A DNA stretch of 64,000 bases from an uncultured cyanobacterium (GTDB lineage: Bacteria > Cyanobacteriota > Cyanobacteriia > Cyanobacteriales > CAWCAG01). Below, piece after piece: positions 20,501 to 34,805 of the stretch. Numbering within the stretch: the first letter of the stretch is position 1; every line of letters begins with the position of its first letter. The stretch lies in the NCBI GenBank assembly GCA_963803805.1, contig CAWDOD010000002.1, positions 928,001 to 992,000 of the forward strand, in the 5' to 3' direction. The position numbers and the translations under genes were made by a program. The notes under the pieces are model-generated. The model was not told the DNA's origin and made no database searches. It was given only the letters and a program-made list of their open reading frames with translations.

Positions 20501-21483
20501 TCCCCAATGGATTGGGCGGCGATGATACCTACTGCTTCCCCTAAGTCTACAGGGTAGCCGTGGGCCAAGCTCCAACCGTAACAGGTTTGGCAAACAGATC
20601 TAGCTGCTTCACAGGTCAAAGGAGAACGTACCATAACATTGTCTGTAACAGCACCAATTTTATCTGCTAAGTCATGGTCAATGATTTGGTTGCGCTGAGC
20701 AACTACTTCTCCTGTTTCTTGGTCTACTACATCTTCAGCAAGAACTCGACCTAGAAGACGGTGAGCTAGGGGTATCAGAACCCTCTCACCGTCTCGCATA
20801 CTAGTGGCTCCGATGCTTCGTTGAGTGCCGCAATCAATTTCCCTGACGATAACATCTTGGGATACATCTACTAAGCGCCTAGTCAAATAACCAGAATCAG
20901 CCGTACGTAGAGCCGTATCTACTAGACCTTTACGAGCGCCGTAGGAAGAGATGATGTATTCTGTTACCGTGAGTCCTTCCCTAAAGTTAGTTTTAATGGG
21001 CAGGTCAATAATTTCTCCTTGGGGATTTGCCATTAACCCCCGCATTCCCACAAGCTGACGTACTTGAGAAAGATTACCTCGCGCTCCAGAGAAAGCCATC
21101 ATATAGACAGAGTTAAGAGGATTAGTGGTACGGAAGTTAGTAACTACTTCGTCTTTAAGAGCTTCACTAGTACTATTCCAAGTATCAATTACTTTTTGGA
21201 AGCGCTCTACTTCGGTTATTTCGCCTTTAGAATAGCGGGATTCAGTAACTTTTATTTCAGCTTCGGCTTCTTCAAGCATTTTTCGCTTGATAGGGGGTAC
21301 TTGCAAGTCATCAATACTAATAGATACCCCCGCACGGGTAGCATAGCGGAAACCCATTTCTTTGAGATGATCTGCCATTTGCGCTGAGCTAGCACTACCA
21401 TAATTGGTATAAGCCCAAGACATTAAACTTTTGAGTTGCTTCTTATCAACAATACGATTGAAAAAGACTTGTTCTTTACTCAT
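17521..21483 (-). CDS. rpoC2: RNA polymerase beta'' subunit
   Basis: [44 protein letters not shown] and ASFQETT motifs; large cyanobacterial SI3 insert. Confidence 0.99.
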   Translation of the reverse strand: MSKEQVFFNRIVDKKQLKSLMSWAYTNYGSASSAQMADHLKEMGFRYATRAGVSISIDDLQVPPIKRKMLEEAEAEIKVTESRYSKGEITEVERFQKVIDTWNSTSEALKDEVVTNFRTTNPLNSVYMMAFSGARGNLSQVRQLVGMRGLMANPQGEIIDLPIKTNFREGLTVTEYIISSYGARKGLVDTALRTADSGYLTRRLVDVSQDVIVREIDCGTQRSIGATSMRDGERVLIPLAHRLLGRVLAEDVVDQETGEVVAQRNQIIDHDLADKIGAVTDNVMVRSPLTCEAARSVCQTCYGWSLAHGYPVDLGEAVGIIAAQSIGEPGTQLTMRTFHTGGVFTGEVAQQIRAPFSGKVEIGKKLRTRVVRTSHGDEREQVEVAGDLTIKPNSGGKSVSKTYNLTPGSRIWVKHGDTVTEGEMLVELAAGKKARSTERAAKDVASDITGEVLFDKLAVEEKTDRQGNTTRNVVRGGLLWVLSGDVYNLPTGAEPVVKNGDEITPETVIAETKLSSVAGGIVRLSAEEDNRNIDIVNSSVQLDQALVRRESNGGREQYVIETEEGQRYLLKVAPGAKVIDQQIIGELIDERYHTNTGGMVKYAGIEVGKKSKGKQGYEVIQGGTLVWIPEECHEVNKDLSLLNVEDGQYVEGGTEVVKDVFCQTSGVVEVVQKNDILREIVIKPGDLHLLEGGIPKDAEPRLVQAGEEVIPGVVPPELCYADYLETPSGAALLLRPVVEYNITNEPETPQTSSLNQKVNREIKLAAVQRLFYKDGERVKSVEGLELMRTQLTLEIGHQENEEKSDRANLAADLELVPLSENEEDADKYSLQLVCTETLVLRRDRSNEPHSGGTKNRVLVKDGDEIAPGAVVARTEIQCKESGEVRGIREGVEAIRRVLVVREGDRLTIPIEGETKVKKGDLLVAGSELASGIFTEESGQVVKVEPSQVTLRLARPYRVSPGAVLHIDDGDLVQRGDHLVLLVFERAKTGDIIQGLPRIEELLEGRKPKEACILARLPGVAQVVYDEDDVVDVKVIEEDGTIADYPLRPGQNALVSDGQQVQTGTPLTDGPANPHEILEIFFNYHLEEHGVYEAALLGLQQAQAFLVNEVQSVYQSQGIDISDKHIEVIVRQMTSKVRVDDGGDTTTLPGELVELRQIEQVNEAMSITGSAPARYTPVLLGITKASLNTDSFISAASFQETTRVLTEAAIEGKSDWLRGLKENVIIGRLIPAGTGFNQHSDESLNPPMETDQSIASAAVYPYGSVGDGGANIGNQDPMDVVLDDRTARAYTRSERPFSKEGFNAVIDDESIGNSGWGTQSE

Positions 21484-21612
21484 TTTTTTTGGTTATCAGT
21501 TAAGGGGCGATCACTTAGTGTGAAGCTTTTGTTCTTCACAAGAAAGGCAAAAAGATAGTTAAACTTAAATCTTCAATATGTGAGATGTGTTTGTTGAAGT
21601 ACCGTTAGTTGT

Positions 21613-23490
<1,878 letters not shown>

Positions 23491-23574
23491 TCTTTTAGTG
23501 ACTGGTGATTTAGTTATTTAGTAATTAGGGATTGGAGATGGACAGGGCAAAAATCTCCAACCCTGCAACTTAAT

Positions 23575-26500
23575 TTAGCTATCCACTCCTTCTTCTTTCA
23601 TATCTTCCCTGGTTAGAGATTCGTAGGTGGGGCGATTAGGAGCGCGGCGGCGTTCTGAGTCAGACATGAGGTCTACTTCGACATCACGGCTAGTTCCGTC
23701 TTCGGCCGTTTCTACTTTGTGTACGGCAATATCTAGTCCTAAAGATTGTAATTCTCGCATTAAGACTTTGAAAGATTCTGGAGTGCCAGGACGGGGAATA
23801 GGTTTGCCTTTCACAATGGAGTTGAGGGCTTCGTTACGACCTTGCATATCATCAGATTTTACTGTTAATAGTTCCTGCAAGGTATATGCTGCTCCATAGG
23901 CTTCCAATGCCCACACTTCCATTTCTCCAAAACGCTGTCCCCCTTGTTGAGCTTTACCTCCTAATGGTTGTTGGGTAACCAAGGAATAAGGACCGGTAGA
24001 ACGGGCATGGATCTTATCGTCTACGAGGTGAACTAGCTTCAACATATAAGCTCGACCTACAGTTACAGGGCGATCAAAGGGTTCTCCTGTACGTCCGTCG
24101 TAAACTTGAATCTTACCTGGCTCATCAGGATTAAAAATCCAATCCCGTCCCGGCCTTCTTTTACCTTCAGCAAGTTTGCCATGGACACTATTACGGGAAG
24201 CTTCTTCTCCATACATTTCATCAAAGGGAGTTATTTTAAAGCGCACTCCTAAATTATCTCCAGCCCAACCCAGGAGACATTCAAAGACCTGACCTACATT
24301 CATACGGCTAGGTACACCTAATGGGTTAAGGACAATATCCAAAGGCGTGCCATCAGGGAGGTAGGGCATATCTTCGATGGGGAGGATGCGGGAAATAATA
24401 CCTTTATTGCCATGGCGACCTGCCATTTTGTCTCCCACTTGGATTTTGCGTTTTTGAGCTACATAAACCCGCACTACCATATTGGCCCCGGGGGGAAGCT
24501 CATCTCCTTGTTCCCTAGTGAAGACTCGCACATCTACAACCCGACCTTTTTCACCATTGGGTACTCTGAGGGAATTATCCCTGACATCCCTGGCTTTTTC
24601 GCCAAAAATAGCTCTGAGGAGTTTTTCTTCTGGAGGTTGGTCTGATTCTCCTTTGGGGGTAACTTTACCAACTAAGATATCTCCTGATTCTACCCAAGCT
24701 CCGATACGGATGATACCTCGCTCATCTAAATGGCGTAATCCATCTTCCCCAACATTGGGGATCTCCCTGGTTATTTCTTCTGGCCCTAGTTTAGTTTGTC
24801 GAGCTTCAATTTCATATTTTTCGATGTGAATGCTGGTATAAACATCGTCATATACCAGACGTTCGGAAATGAGAATGGCATCTTCGTAGTTGTAACCTTC
24901 CCAGGGCATATAAGCTACTAATACGTTCTGCCCTAAAGCTAGTTCGCCTCCTTCAGTGGAGGAACCATCAGCGAGTACCTGTCCCGGTACGACATCTTCC
25001 CCTTCATAAACTAAAGGGCGCTGATTTAAGCAGGTGTCTTGGTTAGAACGTTGGTATTTTTGTAGGATATATTCTAGGTTTTGAGGTTCATTAGGAGGTA
25101 AGTCTTCTCCATTTGGCCCAGTTACCCTAACCTTGACTCTTTCAGCATCAACATGGGTAACAATACCATTGGTACGAGAAACCACTACCATACCGGAGTC
25201 TCTGGCTGCTTGGGCTTCTAAACCTGTTCCCACTAAAGGTCTTTCTGGACGCAGTAGGGGGACAGCTTGACGTTGCATATTGGAACCCATTAAGGCTCGG
25301 TTAGCATCGTCGTGTTCCAAGAAAGGAATCAAGCTGGTGGCTACGGAGACGATTTGCATAGGAGAAACCGCCACATAATCCACTTGTTCTGGGGTGGTGG
25401 TGGAAAATTCTTGGCGATAGCGTACAGGAATGGTTTCCCCTAAGATATAACCTTCTTCATCTGTAGCTACATCCCCAGGAGCAACTCTCTGGTCATCTTC
25501 CTGGTCAGCAGTTAAAAAGGCTACTGGTTCGTCTTTAAGTACCCGCCCATCAACGGCTCGAAAGTAAGGGGTTTCAATGAAGCCGTAGAGGTTGACCCTA
25601 GCGTAGGTAGCCAATGAACCAATTAAGCCGGCATTAGGACCTTCAGGAGTTTCTACGGGACAAATACGTCCGTAGTGAGAGGGGTGAATATCCCGGACAG
25701 CAAATCCGGCCCTTTCCCTGGTTAATCCTCCTGGTCCTAAAGCACTGAGGCGACGCTTGTGGGTTAACTCAGCCAGGGGATTGGTTTGATCCATAAACTG
25801 AGAGAGTTGGGAGGAACCGAAAAATTCCTTAATGGCAGCTACCAGGGGCTTGGGATTAACCAAGGAAGCTGGGGTAAGGGAATCTGCTTCTGATACGGTC
25901 ATACGTTCCCTGATGATCCGTTCTAAGCGATTTAGCCCTACTCTAACTTGGTTTTGGAGTAATTCCCCTACGGAACGGACTCGGCGGTTACCAAGGTGAT
26001 CGATGTCGTCAGTACTGCCGATATCAAATTCGAGGTTAATCAGATAATCAATGGCAGAAAGAATATCGGTGGATGTAAGTACCCGCATGGTATCAGGTAC
26101 ATTGAGGCGTAATTTTTTGTTGAGTTTATAGCGCCCCACCCTCCCTAAGTCATAGCGTTTGGGATCAAAAAAGCGCGATTCTAATAAGGCCTTACCTCCA
26201 TTGACTGTAGGAGGTTCCCCTGGACGCAGCTTTCTGTATAACTCCATCAAGGCATCTTCTTCGGTAGGATTGCCTTCTTTTTCTAAGGTTTTGTAATAAT
26301 AGTCAGGATGGCGCAATGCGTCCATGATCTCACTATCAGCTAAACCTAAAGCTTTGAGTAGTACTTGGGCTGAAAGTTTGCGAGTTTTGTCAATGCGAAC
26401 CCAAACTAAATCGTTTTTGTCAGTTTCAAACTTTAACCAGGCTCCCCGATTAGGAATTAAGGAAGCAGAATAGGTACGGCGACCATTTTTATCGGTTTCT

Positions 26501-26898
26501 CCTTTGTAATAAACTCCAGGTGAGCGCACAATTTGGTTAACAATGACTCGCTCTGCCCCATTGATGATGAAGGTTCCCCTATCTGTCATTAAGGGTAAAT
26601 CACCAATAAAAACTTCCTGTTCTTTAATTTCTCCGGTTTCTTTATTGATTAAACGTGTTGGTACATACATTTGCACTGCGTAGGTACTATCCCGACGTTT
26701 AGCTTCGTCAACGTCATATTTCGGCCGCTTGAGTTTGTAGTCAGCCCCAACAAAGTGCAGTTCTAATTTTCCCGTATAGTCGGTAATTGGGGAAAAACTA
26801 TTTAGTTCTTCAATTAATCCTTCTTCTAGAAACCAGCGAAAACTGGAGCGTTGAATATCAATTAGGTCAGGGAGTAAATTATCAGTTAGATTAGTCAT
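23575..26898 (-). CDS. rpoB: RNA polymerase beta subunit
   Basis: [25 protein letters not shown] and GGQRFGEME motifs. Confidence 0.99.
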   Translation of the reverse strand: MTNLTDNLLPDLIDIQRSSFRWFLEEGLIEELNSFSPITDYTGKLELHFVGADYKLKRPKYDVDEAKRRDSTYAVQMYVPTRLINKETGEIKEQEVFIGDLPLMTDRGTFIINGAERVIVNQIVRSPGVYYKGETDKNGRRTYSASLIPNRGAWLKFETDKNDLVWVRIDKTRKLSAQVLLKALGLADSEIMDALRHPDYYYKTLEKEGNPTEEDALMELYRKLRPGEPPTVNGGKALLESRFFDPKRYDLGRVGRYKLNKKLRLNVPDTMRVLTSTDILSAIDYLINLEFDIGSTDDIDHLGNRRVRSVGELLQNQVRVGLNRLERIIRERMTVSEADSLTPASLVNPKPLVAAIKEFFGSSQLSQFMDQTNPLAELTHKRRLSALGPGGLTRERAGFAVRDIHPSHYGRICPVETPEGPNAGLIGSLATYARVNLYGFIETPYFRAVDGRVLKDEPVAFLTADQEDDQRVAPGDVATDEEGYILGETIPVRYRQEFSTTTPEQVDYVAVSPMQIVSVATSLIPFLEHDDANRALMGSNMQRQAVPLLRPERPLVGTGLEAQAARDSGMVVVSRTNGIVTHVDAERVKVRVTGPNGEDLPPNEPQNLEYILQKYQRSNQDTCLNQRPLVYEGEDVVPGQVLADGSSTEGGELALGQNVLVAYMPWEGYNYEDAILISERLVYDDVYTSIHIEKYEIEARQTKLGPEEITREIPNVGEDGLRHLDERGIIRIGAWVESGDILVGKVTPKGESDQPPEEKLLRAIFGEKARDVRDNSLRVPNGEKGRVVDVRVFTREQGDELPPGANMVVRVYVAQKRKIQVGDKMAGRHGNKGIISRILPIEDMPYLPDGTPLDIVLNPLGVPSRMNVGQVFECLLGWAGDNLGVRFKITPFDEMYGEEASRNSVHGKLAEGKRRPGRDWIFNPDEPGKIQVYDGRTGEPFDRPVTVGRAYMLKLVHLVDDKIHARSTGPYSLVTQQPLGGKAQQGGQRFGEMEVWALEAYGAAYTLQELLTVKSDDMQGRNEALNSIVKGKPIPRPGTPESFKVLMRELQSLGLDIAVHKVETAEDGTSRDVEVDLMSDSERRRAPNRPTYESLTREDMKEEGVDS

Positions 26899-27245
26899 AG
26901 GTTTTTTGGCAGTTAGATATCTTAAGCTTGCGGGGCCAGGCCGTTAGAGTTTTTTGATGATTTCGCCTCTGACAGCAACAAAAGGCAATCAATCTCTAGA
27001 CAGAAGACTGATTACCAGGGGTTGAGTTTTTAATCTCTTCAACTTTTTTACTTGCAGTTTTTTCGATGTTGCGTTTTCACTCACGATTAGTTTATGTAGT
27101 GAAGTAAAGCTGCTTCTTATTTTTCCTTTTCAGACATTAAATTACGCTTGGAATTTTCCCATCACTGACTAGCTTGTTATTTTGACTTCAGTTACTCCTT
27201 AACTATTATGACTTAAAATTCAAGAGCAAAACAGGAGGTTTTTGA

Positions 27246-28028
27246 TTAACTTAGAGCGATACCAAATAACTGACAAGCATTAGCTGTAGTTTGTTTGGCT
27301 AATTTTTCTAGAGAAACTTGCCGCAATTGAGCTAGATATTCGGCTACATAACGTACCAAAGCTGGTTCGTTACGCTTCCCTCTACGAGGGACTGGGGCCA
27401 GAAAAGGACAATCGGTTTCTATGAGTAGGCGATCGCTGGGAACTTGTTTGGCTGATTCTTGGACTTGTTGGGCATTTTTAAAGGTGACAATACCGCTGAA
27501 ACTGATGTAGAAACCTAAATCCAAAAACCATTTTGTTTCTTCTTTTGTCCCTCCCCAGCAGTGCATTACTCCTTTTAAAGAACTGTTTTGCTGCTTATAC
27601 TCCCGCAAGATTTCCCTGGTGGTCAAAGCAGCATCTCGGCAATGAATAATGACTGGTTTATTTAGTTGCCCCGCAATTTCGAGTTGGTGTTTGAACACCA
27701 ACTTTTGCTGTTGTTGATTTTCCGCTTTATAAAAATCGAGTCCAATTTCTCCAATTGCGACAACCCGGGGATTGCTCTTAGCTAAATTGGTGATTTCTTG
27801 GGCTGTTTGCTCAGTCCACTTTTCAGCATCGAGGGGATGTAACCCCACAGCAAAAGAAAGTTCCTGAAAACGGTTAGCTAATGCTTGAATATCCAGAAAT
27901 TCCTTGGGTTCAACACAAGAATGCACTAAATGCACTACCCCGGCTTCTTGCCAACGTTTTCGCAGCTCATCTAAATCCTCTTGGAAAACATCAAAGTTGA
28001 TGTGAACATGGCTATCTATTAGCTGCAT
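27246..28028 (-). CDS. tatD: TatD family DNase
   Basis: IDSHVH, GEIGLDF, IIHCRDA and ETDCPFLAP motifs. Confidence 0.93.
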   Translation of the reverse strand: MQLIDSHVHINFDVFQEDLDELRKRWQEAGVVHLVHSCVEPKEFLDIQALANRFQELSFAVGLHPLDAEKWTEQTAQEITNLAKSNPRVVAIGEIGLDFYKAENQQQQKLVFKHQLEIAGQLNKPVIIHCRDAALTTREILREYKQQNSSLKGVMHCWGGTKEETKWFLDLGFYISFSGIVTFKNAQQVQESAKQVPSDRLLIETDCPFLAPVPRRGKRNEPALVRYVAEYLAQLRQVSLEKLAKQTTANACQLFGIALS

Positions 28029-28070
28029 TGTTACTATTTTCCACCTAAATAATTTAAGGGAATTGTTCTT

Positions 28071-28364
28071 TTAAGATGCTGCTGTTGCCCTTTTCACAGC
28101 TTTGGCGAGACGAGACTTTTTTCTGGCTCCATTATTAGCGTGTAAAACCTTACGCTTGATAGCTTTATCTATTTTTTGATAAGCCTCAGACATGGTTTGT
28201 TGGACTTTTTCCTCAGCTTCGGAGCTAGGATTGGCGGAATATTCTTGAGCGGCGCTGAAGCATTTTTTCATCAGAGTTCTCACTGCTGATTTATAAGCTT
28301 TGTTGCGCTGTCTGTTCCTTTCGGAGATTTGGATGCGTTTGATTGCTGACTTACTATTGGCCAC
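28071..28364 (-). CDS. rpsT: 30S ribosomal protein S20
   Basis: [11 protein letters not shown]...IDKA...[16 protein letters not shown] start. Confidence 0.97.
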   Translation of the reverse strand: MANSKSAIKRIQISERNRQRNKAYKSAVRTLMKKCFSAAQEYSANPSSEAEEKVQQTMSEAYQKIDKAIKRKVLHANNGARKKSRLAKAVKRATAAS

Positions 28365-28571
28365 GTTGTCTAGACAAAAAGTTCTGTAATTACTAGAGGG
28401 AATAGTATAACACTTATACAGTGATTTAATTCAAGGATTTTCTTACTTGAGAAGTGCAAGCACTAAAAAATCCAGGTTAAGCTATTAGGAGTGGGTCTAA
28501 GCAATGAGTAGAATTTTATTCTCTCAAAAAGCACTTCTCACATTCATCAGTTAATACCTAGAGTTAACTCC

Positions 28572-29870
28572 ATGCTGCGAATTATCACTCAGCAGACTGA
28601 GGCAAAAACTGAACTACGACGGATTCGGCGATCGCAATTTTGATTTCGAGATGCGCTCGAAGGAGGAAGTTGTTCGGGAAGTCCTACAAACTGTTAAGCT
28701 TCAAGGAGATAGAGGTCTTCTAGATTACACAGCAAAGTTTGATAGACAAGTTTTAAAGCCTGAACAACTCCGGATTAGTGGTTCAGAAATTGATGCTGCT
28801 TATCAGCAAGTTAATAAAGAATTAATTGATGCTATCGGGTTAGCATCTAAGCGTATTGAAGATTTTCATCGTCAAAGAATTCCCCAGTCTTGGGTACATT
28901 TTGCTGAAGATGATGTGGTGTTAGGCAAGCGCTATACTCCTGTTGATAAGGCTGGGATTTATGTCCCTGGGGGCAGAGCATCCTATCCTAGTACCGTGTT
29001 GATGAATGCTATTCCAGCTAAAGTAGCTGGAGTTCCCCAATTAGTGATGGTAACGCCCCCAGGAGCAGAAGGTAAAATCAATTCTGCTGTGTTGGTTGCC
29101 GCTACTGAGGCTGGGGTTGAGGAAATTTATCGTGTTGGGGGTTCCCAAGCTATTGCGGCATTGGCTTATGGCACTGAGACTATTCCTCAAGTTGATATTA
29201 TTACTGGTCCTGGTAATATTTATGTCACCTTGGCCAAGAAGATGGTTTACGGTACTGTGGGCATTGACTCCCTAGCTGGACCTTCGGAAGTTCTAATTAT
29301 TGCTGACCGCAGCGCTAAGCCAGTTTATGTAGCTACAGATATGTTAGCCCAAGCCGAGCATGACCCCATGGCAGCGGCGATTCTTTTAACAACAGAAACC
29401 GAGTTAGCTACGAAAGTTCAAGCGGAAGTTAAGCGGCAACTCAAAGACCATCCCCGCCGTCTGTACACAGAAAAGGCGATTGCTAATTATGGTTTGATTG
29501 TGGTCGTTGCTTCCATTGAAGAAGCGGCTGAGCTTTCCAATTTATTTGCCCCAGAACATTTGGAGTTAGAAGTTAAAGATCCTTGGGCAACTTTGGAGTA
29601 TATTCGCCATGCAGGGGCAATCTTTTTAGGTAGTTCAACTCCTGAAGCTGTGGGAGATTATCTCGCTGGCCCAATCACACTTTGCCAACTTCTGGAGCTG
29701 CCCGTTATGCTTCAGCTTTAGGGGTAGAAACTTTCTTGAAACATTCTAGCTTGATTCAATATTCCCCTACGGCTTTGAACAAGATGTCTAGGGCGATTCA
29801 ACTTCTTGCCCAAGCAGAAGGTCTACCTTCCCATGGTGACTCGGTTAAGTTCAGGACTGGAGAAGATTAA
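28572..29870 (+). CDS. hisD: Histidinol dehydrogenase (apparent frameshifts at about 28627 and 29671)
   Basis: ATG at 28572 (MLRIITQQ..); YVPGG, GPSE, QAEHD and APEHL motifs. GPNHTLPTSG is restored by adding one C. Confidence 0.95.
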
Positions 29871-30094
29871 GGTGAATTTTGACATTTATGGGTAGTCCTA
29901 AAGAGGTAATGATAAACTTAAGCAAATAGCCTATTATGCTATAGCAATATCATTACCTTTGTATCACTACCGATATTTCTTGTTTACAATTATTGACACG
30001 AATTTTTTTTGAATACTACTCTAAAGAACATCAACAATTTAGCTAAAGCCGCGATCGCGGCTGAAGATGCTCTAAACTGACGAGTGGATAATTA

Positions 30095-31060
30095 TCAATT
30101 ATTAACTTCAATGCCTCTACTTCTTAACCTTTGCATAAAAAACTCTTCTAAAGAAGTACGAGCGAGATCCATACTGATTAGTTGGGCCTCCATGAGACGC
30201 AAGGTAGCAATAAACTCTTGGGGTTCTCCTTGTAGTTGACCATACCAAAAATCTTCCTTGAACCGCAAATTAGCTACCCAACGTTGGAGAATATCAGTAT
30301 TTCCTCCTCTTCCTTTAACTTGATAAGCATTAATAGAACCAAGAAGTTCGTCTAAAGAACCAACACAAATAAGTTCTCCCCTGGCTAAAATCGCGATGCG
30401 ATCGCAGATTTTTTCCACATCCCCTAAAACGTGGGAGTTAAAGAAAATGGTTTTTCTTTGTTCTTTCAAGGAAAGGATTATTTCGCGCATTTGGTAGCGT
30501 CCGAGAGGATCTAATCCTGACATTGGTTCGTCGAGAAAAACCACATCGGGATTATTAATTAAAGCTTGGGCCATGCCAATTCTTTGTAACATTCCTTTAG
30601 AATACTGGCGTAGTTGTTTGTTACGAGTAGCCGATTGACTCAAGCCCACTAAATCTATTAGTTGAGGAATGCGCTTTTTTTGTTCTGATGGAGAAATGTT
30701 AAATAGTCCTGCCGTATATGCCAGAAACTCCCAACCGGTAAGAAAGTCATAGAAATAAGGATTTTCGGGAAGATAGCCGATATTTTCTTTAACCTGGCGG
30801 TTGCCCAGGGGTTTTCCTAATAGCCTAGCTTTGCCAGAAGTAGGGCGAACAATACCCAGTAGAGTTTTCAATAAAGTTGTTTTTCCTGCCCCATTAGGTC
30901 CTAGCAAACCAAAGGTTTCCCCTTCATAAACTTCTAATGAAAAGTTTTTTAGAGATTCTACTTTCTGGTTTAACCAAAAACCAGTACGATAAATTTTGCC
31001 AAGTTCCCAAGTTTGCACCACTGGAATTTCTTTAGGGGAGTTAACTGGTACGATTGTCAT
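30095..31060 (-). CDS. ABC transporter ATP-binding protein (ABC-2 type)
   Basis: GPNGAGKTT, YSKGM and LDEPMSGLD motifs. Confidence 0.92.
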   Translation of the reverse strand: MTIVPVNSPKEIPVVQTWELGKIYRTGFWLNQKVESLKNFSLEVYEGETFGLLGPNGAGKTTLLKTLLGIVRPTSGKARLLGKPLGNRQVKENIGYLPENPYFYDFLTGWEFLAYTAGLFNISPSEQKKRIPQLIDLVGLSQSATRNKQLRQYSKGMLQRIGMAQALINNPDVVFLDEPMSGLDPLGRYQMREIILSLKEQRKTIFFNSHVLGDVEKICDRIAILARGELICVGSLDELLGSINAYQVKGRGGNTDILQRWVANLRFKEDFWYGQLQGEPQEFIATLRLMEAQLISMDLARTSLEEFFMQRLRSRGIEVNN

Positions 31061-31139
31061 TCTTTATCTTAAATTGCTCTTCGTTTTGTTCTATCGTCCT
31101 ATAATCAAGTATAAATTTGTAGAGTTTTTAAGGATAAAA

Positions 31140-31304
31140 ATGGAGCGAGGTAAAATTATTGCCGTTCTTACCGGGGCTATATCGGTATTAATTGCGATCG
31201 CTTATTTAATTCTCGTACAATTGCTAGATTTTCGTGGTGAGATGATTCCTGCCCCCATTGTATTGGGATCGCTAGTATTGGCTACTTTTAAATTTGGGAA
31301 GTAG
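31140..31304 (+). CDS. Small conserved-type membrane protein (54 aa)
   Basis: Real start is probably ATG 31140: MERGKIIAVLTGAISVLIAIAYLILVQLLDFRGEMIPAP. The track's 5' extension overlaps the divergent ABC gene. Confidence 0.7.
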   Translation: MERGKIIAVLTGAISVLIAIAYLILVQLLDFRGEMIPAPIVLGSLVLATFKFGK

Positions 31305-31324
31305 GGTGAGGTTGTATGAATACT

Positions 31325-31669
31325 TTAACTTTCTAGTTGTTTGGAGAGTTGATTGTTTTGTGTGTACCTATAGGTGATGGCAGCTAAGTTAGCGACTAAA
31401 CAGGTGCTACCGAGTCCGAAAAGAACGAAGGTTTGGACTTGGACAACTCCAATTACAAACCAAGTTGCCACATGGCAGACCATAATAATAGCTAAGCTTA
31501 CAGCCAAGGTGACTATAAGATAGAGATGTAATGAAGAACGGCGTTGCAGTAGAAAAAGTAGGGTTTGTGAGGTAGCCAGTAAGTTAGCTGGCACTAAAAA
31601 AGCACAGATAGCAATGCAGTTGCTACGGGAAAATTCAAATAATGAGGAAATATCTAACATAGCTCCCAT
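31325..31669 (-). CDS. Hypothetical membrane protein
   Basis: Three hydrophobic segments; ICAFLVPANLLATSQTL motif. Confidence 0.75.
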   Translation of the reverse strand: MGAMLDISSLFEFSRSNCIAICAFLVPANLLATSQTLLFLLQRRSSLHLYLIVTLAVSLAIIMVCHVATWFVIGVVQVQTFVLFGLGSTCLVANLAAITYRYTQNNQLSKQLES

Positions 31670-31723
31670 TGTAAAAGTTTTTCCCTAGAGAGGGAATAGC
31701 AAACTCTCTAAATTTCCTCTAAC

Positions 31724-32455
31724 CTAAACCCTAGCCCCTACTTTTGCTTGAGTAGACTTATTTGTCCCACCAATTATATCTGGATTAAAGCGATAACCAA
31801 TATTGCGTACTGTTTGAACCAAACTTGGTTGACGAGGATCACTTTCTATTTTTTTGCGTAGGGATAAAACATGGGTATCTATAGTGCGGGGATTGTCAAT
31901 AGCGTCAGGCCAAGCACGCTTAAGCAGTTCAGAACGACTCAAAGCAGTTCCTTGGGCTTGAGCGAGAATATAAAGCAAACTAAACTCTTGGGGAGTTAAT
32001 TCAATTAAATTCCCTTGGAAGTGAACCCGGCGCTGTACTAAGTCGATTTTAAGATCACCATAGTTGAGATAAAGAGGAACAGAAGTTAAGCGCATCCGCC
32101 TCATCAAAGTTTCAACCCTGGTCATAAACTCCTGCATTCCAAAAGGTTTGCTTAAATAATCATCCGCCCCTGCTTTTAAGCCAGCGACGATATCCTTTTC
32201 ATTACTCCGGGCAGACAGCATTAGGATTAGAGATTGCTGCTGTTGATAGAGCCAGCGGCATAGTTCTACCCCACATCCGTCTGGTAAGTCAGAGTCAAGA
32301 ATAACTAAGTTTGGTTGGTAACTATGGAATATGTTTCTGGTAGCGTGAATGCTGGCGGATTGTTGAACCCAATAACTTGCTTGTTGCAAGTGCCATGCTA
32401 AAAGCGATCGCAGGTGAGGATTACCCTCAACAATTAAAATTTGAACCGAACCCAC
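31724..32455 (-). CDS. nrrA: OmpR-family response regulator NrrA/Rre37
   Basis: VEGNPHLRSLLAWHLQQ and RAWPDAIDNPRTIDTHVLSLRKK are characteristic; NtcA promoter upstream. Confidence 0.85.
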   Translation of the reverse strand: MGSVQILIVEGNPHLRSLLAWHLQQASYWVQQSASIHATRNIFHSYQPNLVILDSDLPDGCGVELCRWLYQQQQSLILMLSARSNEKDIVAGLKAGADDYLSKPFGMQEFMTRVETLMRRMRLTSVPLYLNYGDLKIDLVQRRVHFQGNLIELTPQEFSLLYILAQAQGTALSRSELLKRAWPDAIDNPRTIDTHVLSLRKKIESDPRQPSLVQTVRNIGYRFNPDIIGGTNKSTQAKVGARV

Positions 32456-32488
32456 GTTGGTCTTCTTCCGTTGAATTTGGTGAGATTA

Positions 32489-32530
32489 AAGGTAACAGAG
32501 CTAATGTCAAGATGTTGTAACAGAGGCTAC
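32489..32530 (-). promoter_or_regulatory. Class II NtcA-activated promoter
   Basis: Minus strand: GTA-GCCTCTGT-TAC (32530-32517), exactly 22 nt, then TACCTT (TAN3T, 32494-32489). Confidence 0.85.
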
Positions 32531-32755
32531 GTATAACTCCATAGAAATAATTTTGTCTTGGTTATTACTTCTCGCTGAAAATAGACCAAGTAAGATTTTC
32601 TACGGGAATTGAGTACTAATTCGTTAAAATGAGTTTAAAGGAATGTTGAAGAAGTTTATTAATCTTCTCAACCTTTAGCAATAAATTACTGGTAATATTT
32701 ACTTAAACCCTAGCTTTTTTCTTTAGTTCTCACTACTTACCAAAACTTTAAGATA

Positions 32756-33016
32756 ATGCTTCAAGATACTAGAGCCATTCGCTACTACCAAAGACTAACA
32801 GATTCTATGGTAGATCTTTGGCAGCGAGGTTATCGCTTTAATGATTTGCGAATGTATATGGATGGTTACTTATCCTGTCTCAGACAGTGCAATGACCTGG
32901 AACCGTACCTAATCCACCGCTTAGAAGAAGATACCTTTCGCTTTCTACGTGACCCTTCTAACTTCGAGCTAGCTATGCCCCAAACTCAAACTCAAGCTGA
33001 GGCGGACTACTACTAA
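32756..33016 (+). CDS. Conserved cyanobacterial small protein (DUF6761-like)
   Basis: MLQD..IRYYQRLTD...YMDGYL...IHRLEE..RFLRDPSNF. Confidence 0.8.
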   Translation: MLQDTRAIRYYQRLTDSMVDLWQRGYRFNDLRMYMDGYLSCLRQCNDLEPYLIHRLEEDTFRFLRDPSNFELAMPQTQTQAEADYY

Positions 33017-33118
33017 ACATCTTCTTTGGCTATGTCTCAAAAACGATTACTGGCTCAGGGGTGAAAGATATCTTATTGAGTTCTTATCTCCCCCGTTCTC
33101 CATCTACTGGCGGGGAGA

Positions 33119-33192
<74 letters not shown>

Positions 33193-33336
33193 TAAACTGC
33201 CAGTTAAAGACTATAACATAGAGTTCCTCAACAGAGCAAATTTTACTTTTCAGCAAAGAAAACTATCTTCAAGAACGATCCGAGACTCCTGAGTTTTGAT
33301 AAAATTACTGGGGTCATTAAATTTGAGTAACAATTT

Positions 33337-33840
33337 TTGAGCCAATCTACAGACGTACAACAAATCGACACATTGGCACAAGAACTGGCAAGCATACAGC
33401 AAACTAGTTCCAAAAGGATCGCTTTGCTTGGCTCTCGCCATGTTCCGATCACTCATCAGTATTTGATTGAAATGATGAGCTATGCCTTAACCCTTGGTGG
33501 TAACCGCCTGATTACTTCTGGTGCTACAGGAACTAATTCTGCTGCTATTAAAGGGGCAATGCGGGCTGATGCCAATCTTTTGACAGTGATCTTGCCTCAA
33601 AGTTTAGAGCGCCAGCCTTTAGAGTCCAAAAAACAGTTGGAAAAAGTTATCCATTTGGTTGATAAGCCAGAGAATAACCATCTTTCCTTAGCTGAGGCTA
33701 GTGCTTTGTGCAACCAAGAAATTATTTCTCGCTGTCAGCAATTAATTTGTTTTGCTTTCCACGATAGTAAAACTTTGCTAAAAACCTGTGAAGATGCTGA
33801 AGAGCAACATAAAGTAGTAACTTTGTTCTATTTTGATTGA
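33337..33840 (+). CDS. DprA/SLOG-like Rossmann-fold protein
   Basis: RIALLGSRH, ITSGATGTN and FAFHDS motifs; TTG start. Confidence 0.75.
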   Translation: MSQSTDVQQIDTLAQELASIQQTSSKRIALLGSRHVPITHQYLIEMMSYALTLGGNRLITSGATGTNSAAIKGAMRADANLLTVILPQSLERQPLESKKQLEKVIHLVDKPENNHLSLAEASALCNQEIISRCQQLICFAFHDSKTLLKTCEDAEEQHKVVTLFYFD

Positions 33841-33849
33841 TTAAAATTT

Positions 33850-34260
33850 ATGGCTATTTCCACTAGTGCTATTCTGCTCTACTCTATTGTCGGGGCAGTA
33901 GTTTTGATTTATCTTCCTTTCTTGGTAGTAGGTTATGCTCGTACCCAAGTAGGATATGATATGCAAGCTCCTAGAACTATGCTAGAAAAGTTACCTGACT
34001 ATGCAAAAAGAGCAAACTGGGCGCACCAAAATTCTTTTGAGACTTTTATGGTGTTCGCTGCGGCGGCTTTCATGGCTTATGTAACAGGAGTTGATTCTCC
34101 TTTAGCGATAGGAGCAGGAATTGCTTTTTTAGGAGCGAGATTTTTATATTCGCTTTTTTATATTTTCAATATTCCTTTGGCGCGATCGCTAATGTTTGGT
34201 ATTGGTTCTTTTTGTACAACAACTCTTTTTGTCTTGAGTTTGCTAGCAATTAATTCCTAA
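33850..34260 (+). CDS. MAPEG family membrane protein
   Basis: RANWAHQNSFE motif with TM helices. Confidence 0.88.
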   Translation: MAISTSAILLYSIVGAVVLIYLPFLVVGYARTQVGYDMQAPRTMLEKLPDYAKRANWAHQNSFETFMVFAAAAFMAYVTGVDSPLAIGAGIAFLGARFLYSLFYIFNIPLARSLMFGIGSFCTTTLFVLSLLAINS

Positions 34261-34285
34261 CTTTTAATTTTTTTAATTAACCACT

Positions 34286-34777
34286 ATGGCTTCCAACTCT
34301 TCTTTTGATATTGTCAGCGATTTTGATCAGCAAGAAATGGTTAATACAGTAGATCAAACTAATCGAGAAATAATTAATCGCTATGACCTCAAGGATACGA
34401 AAACAACTGTGGAGTTGGAGGATGATACTATTAAAATCAATACTGAAAGTGATTTCACTTTAGAGGCGGTTAATTCAATTTTGCGTACAAAGGCTGCTAA
34501 ACGTAAGTTATCTCAGAAAATCTTTGATTTTGGCAAAGTAGAATCTGCTGGTGGCGGGCGCGTTAGACAAGAAATTAAGTTGCAAAGAGGTTTAACTCAA
34601 GAACTTGCCAAGAAAATTAGTAAGTTAATTCGGGATAATTATAAGAAGGTACAAGCTTCTATTCAAGGAGATAGTGTTCGGGTTTCTAGCAAGTCAAAAG
34701 ATAGTTTACAAGAAGTGATGCAGTTATTGAAGCAGGAAGATTTTCCTGTGGAATTACAATTTACTAATTACCGCTAG
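34286..34777 (+). CDS. yajQ: YajQ family nucleotide-binding protein
   Basis: [24 protein letters not shown] and LQFTNYR motifs. Confidence 0.93.
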   Translation: MASNSSFDIVSDFDQQEMVNTVDQTNREIINRYDLKDTKTTVELEDDTIKINTESDFTLEAVNSILRTKAAKRKLSQKIFDFGKVESAGGGRVRQEIKLQRGLTQELAKKISKLIRDNYKKVQASIQGDSVRVSSKSKDSLQEVMQLLKQEDFPVELQFTNYR

Positions 34778-34805
34778 GTAATCATTGATCATTAAAAAGT
34801 TTATT

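Noticed and set aside
30009-30080. 23-codon ORF with extended HIP1 palindrome AGCCGCGATCGCGGCT
   Set aside because: Too short, TTG start, no RBS; the palindrome is explicable by HIP1 plus chance.
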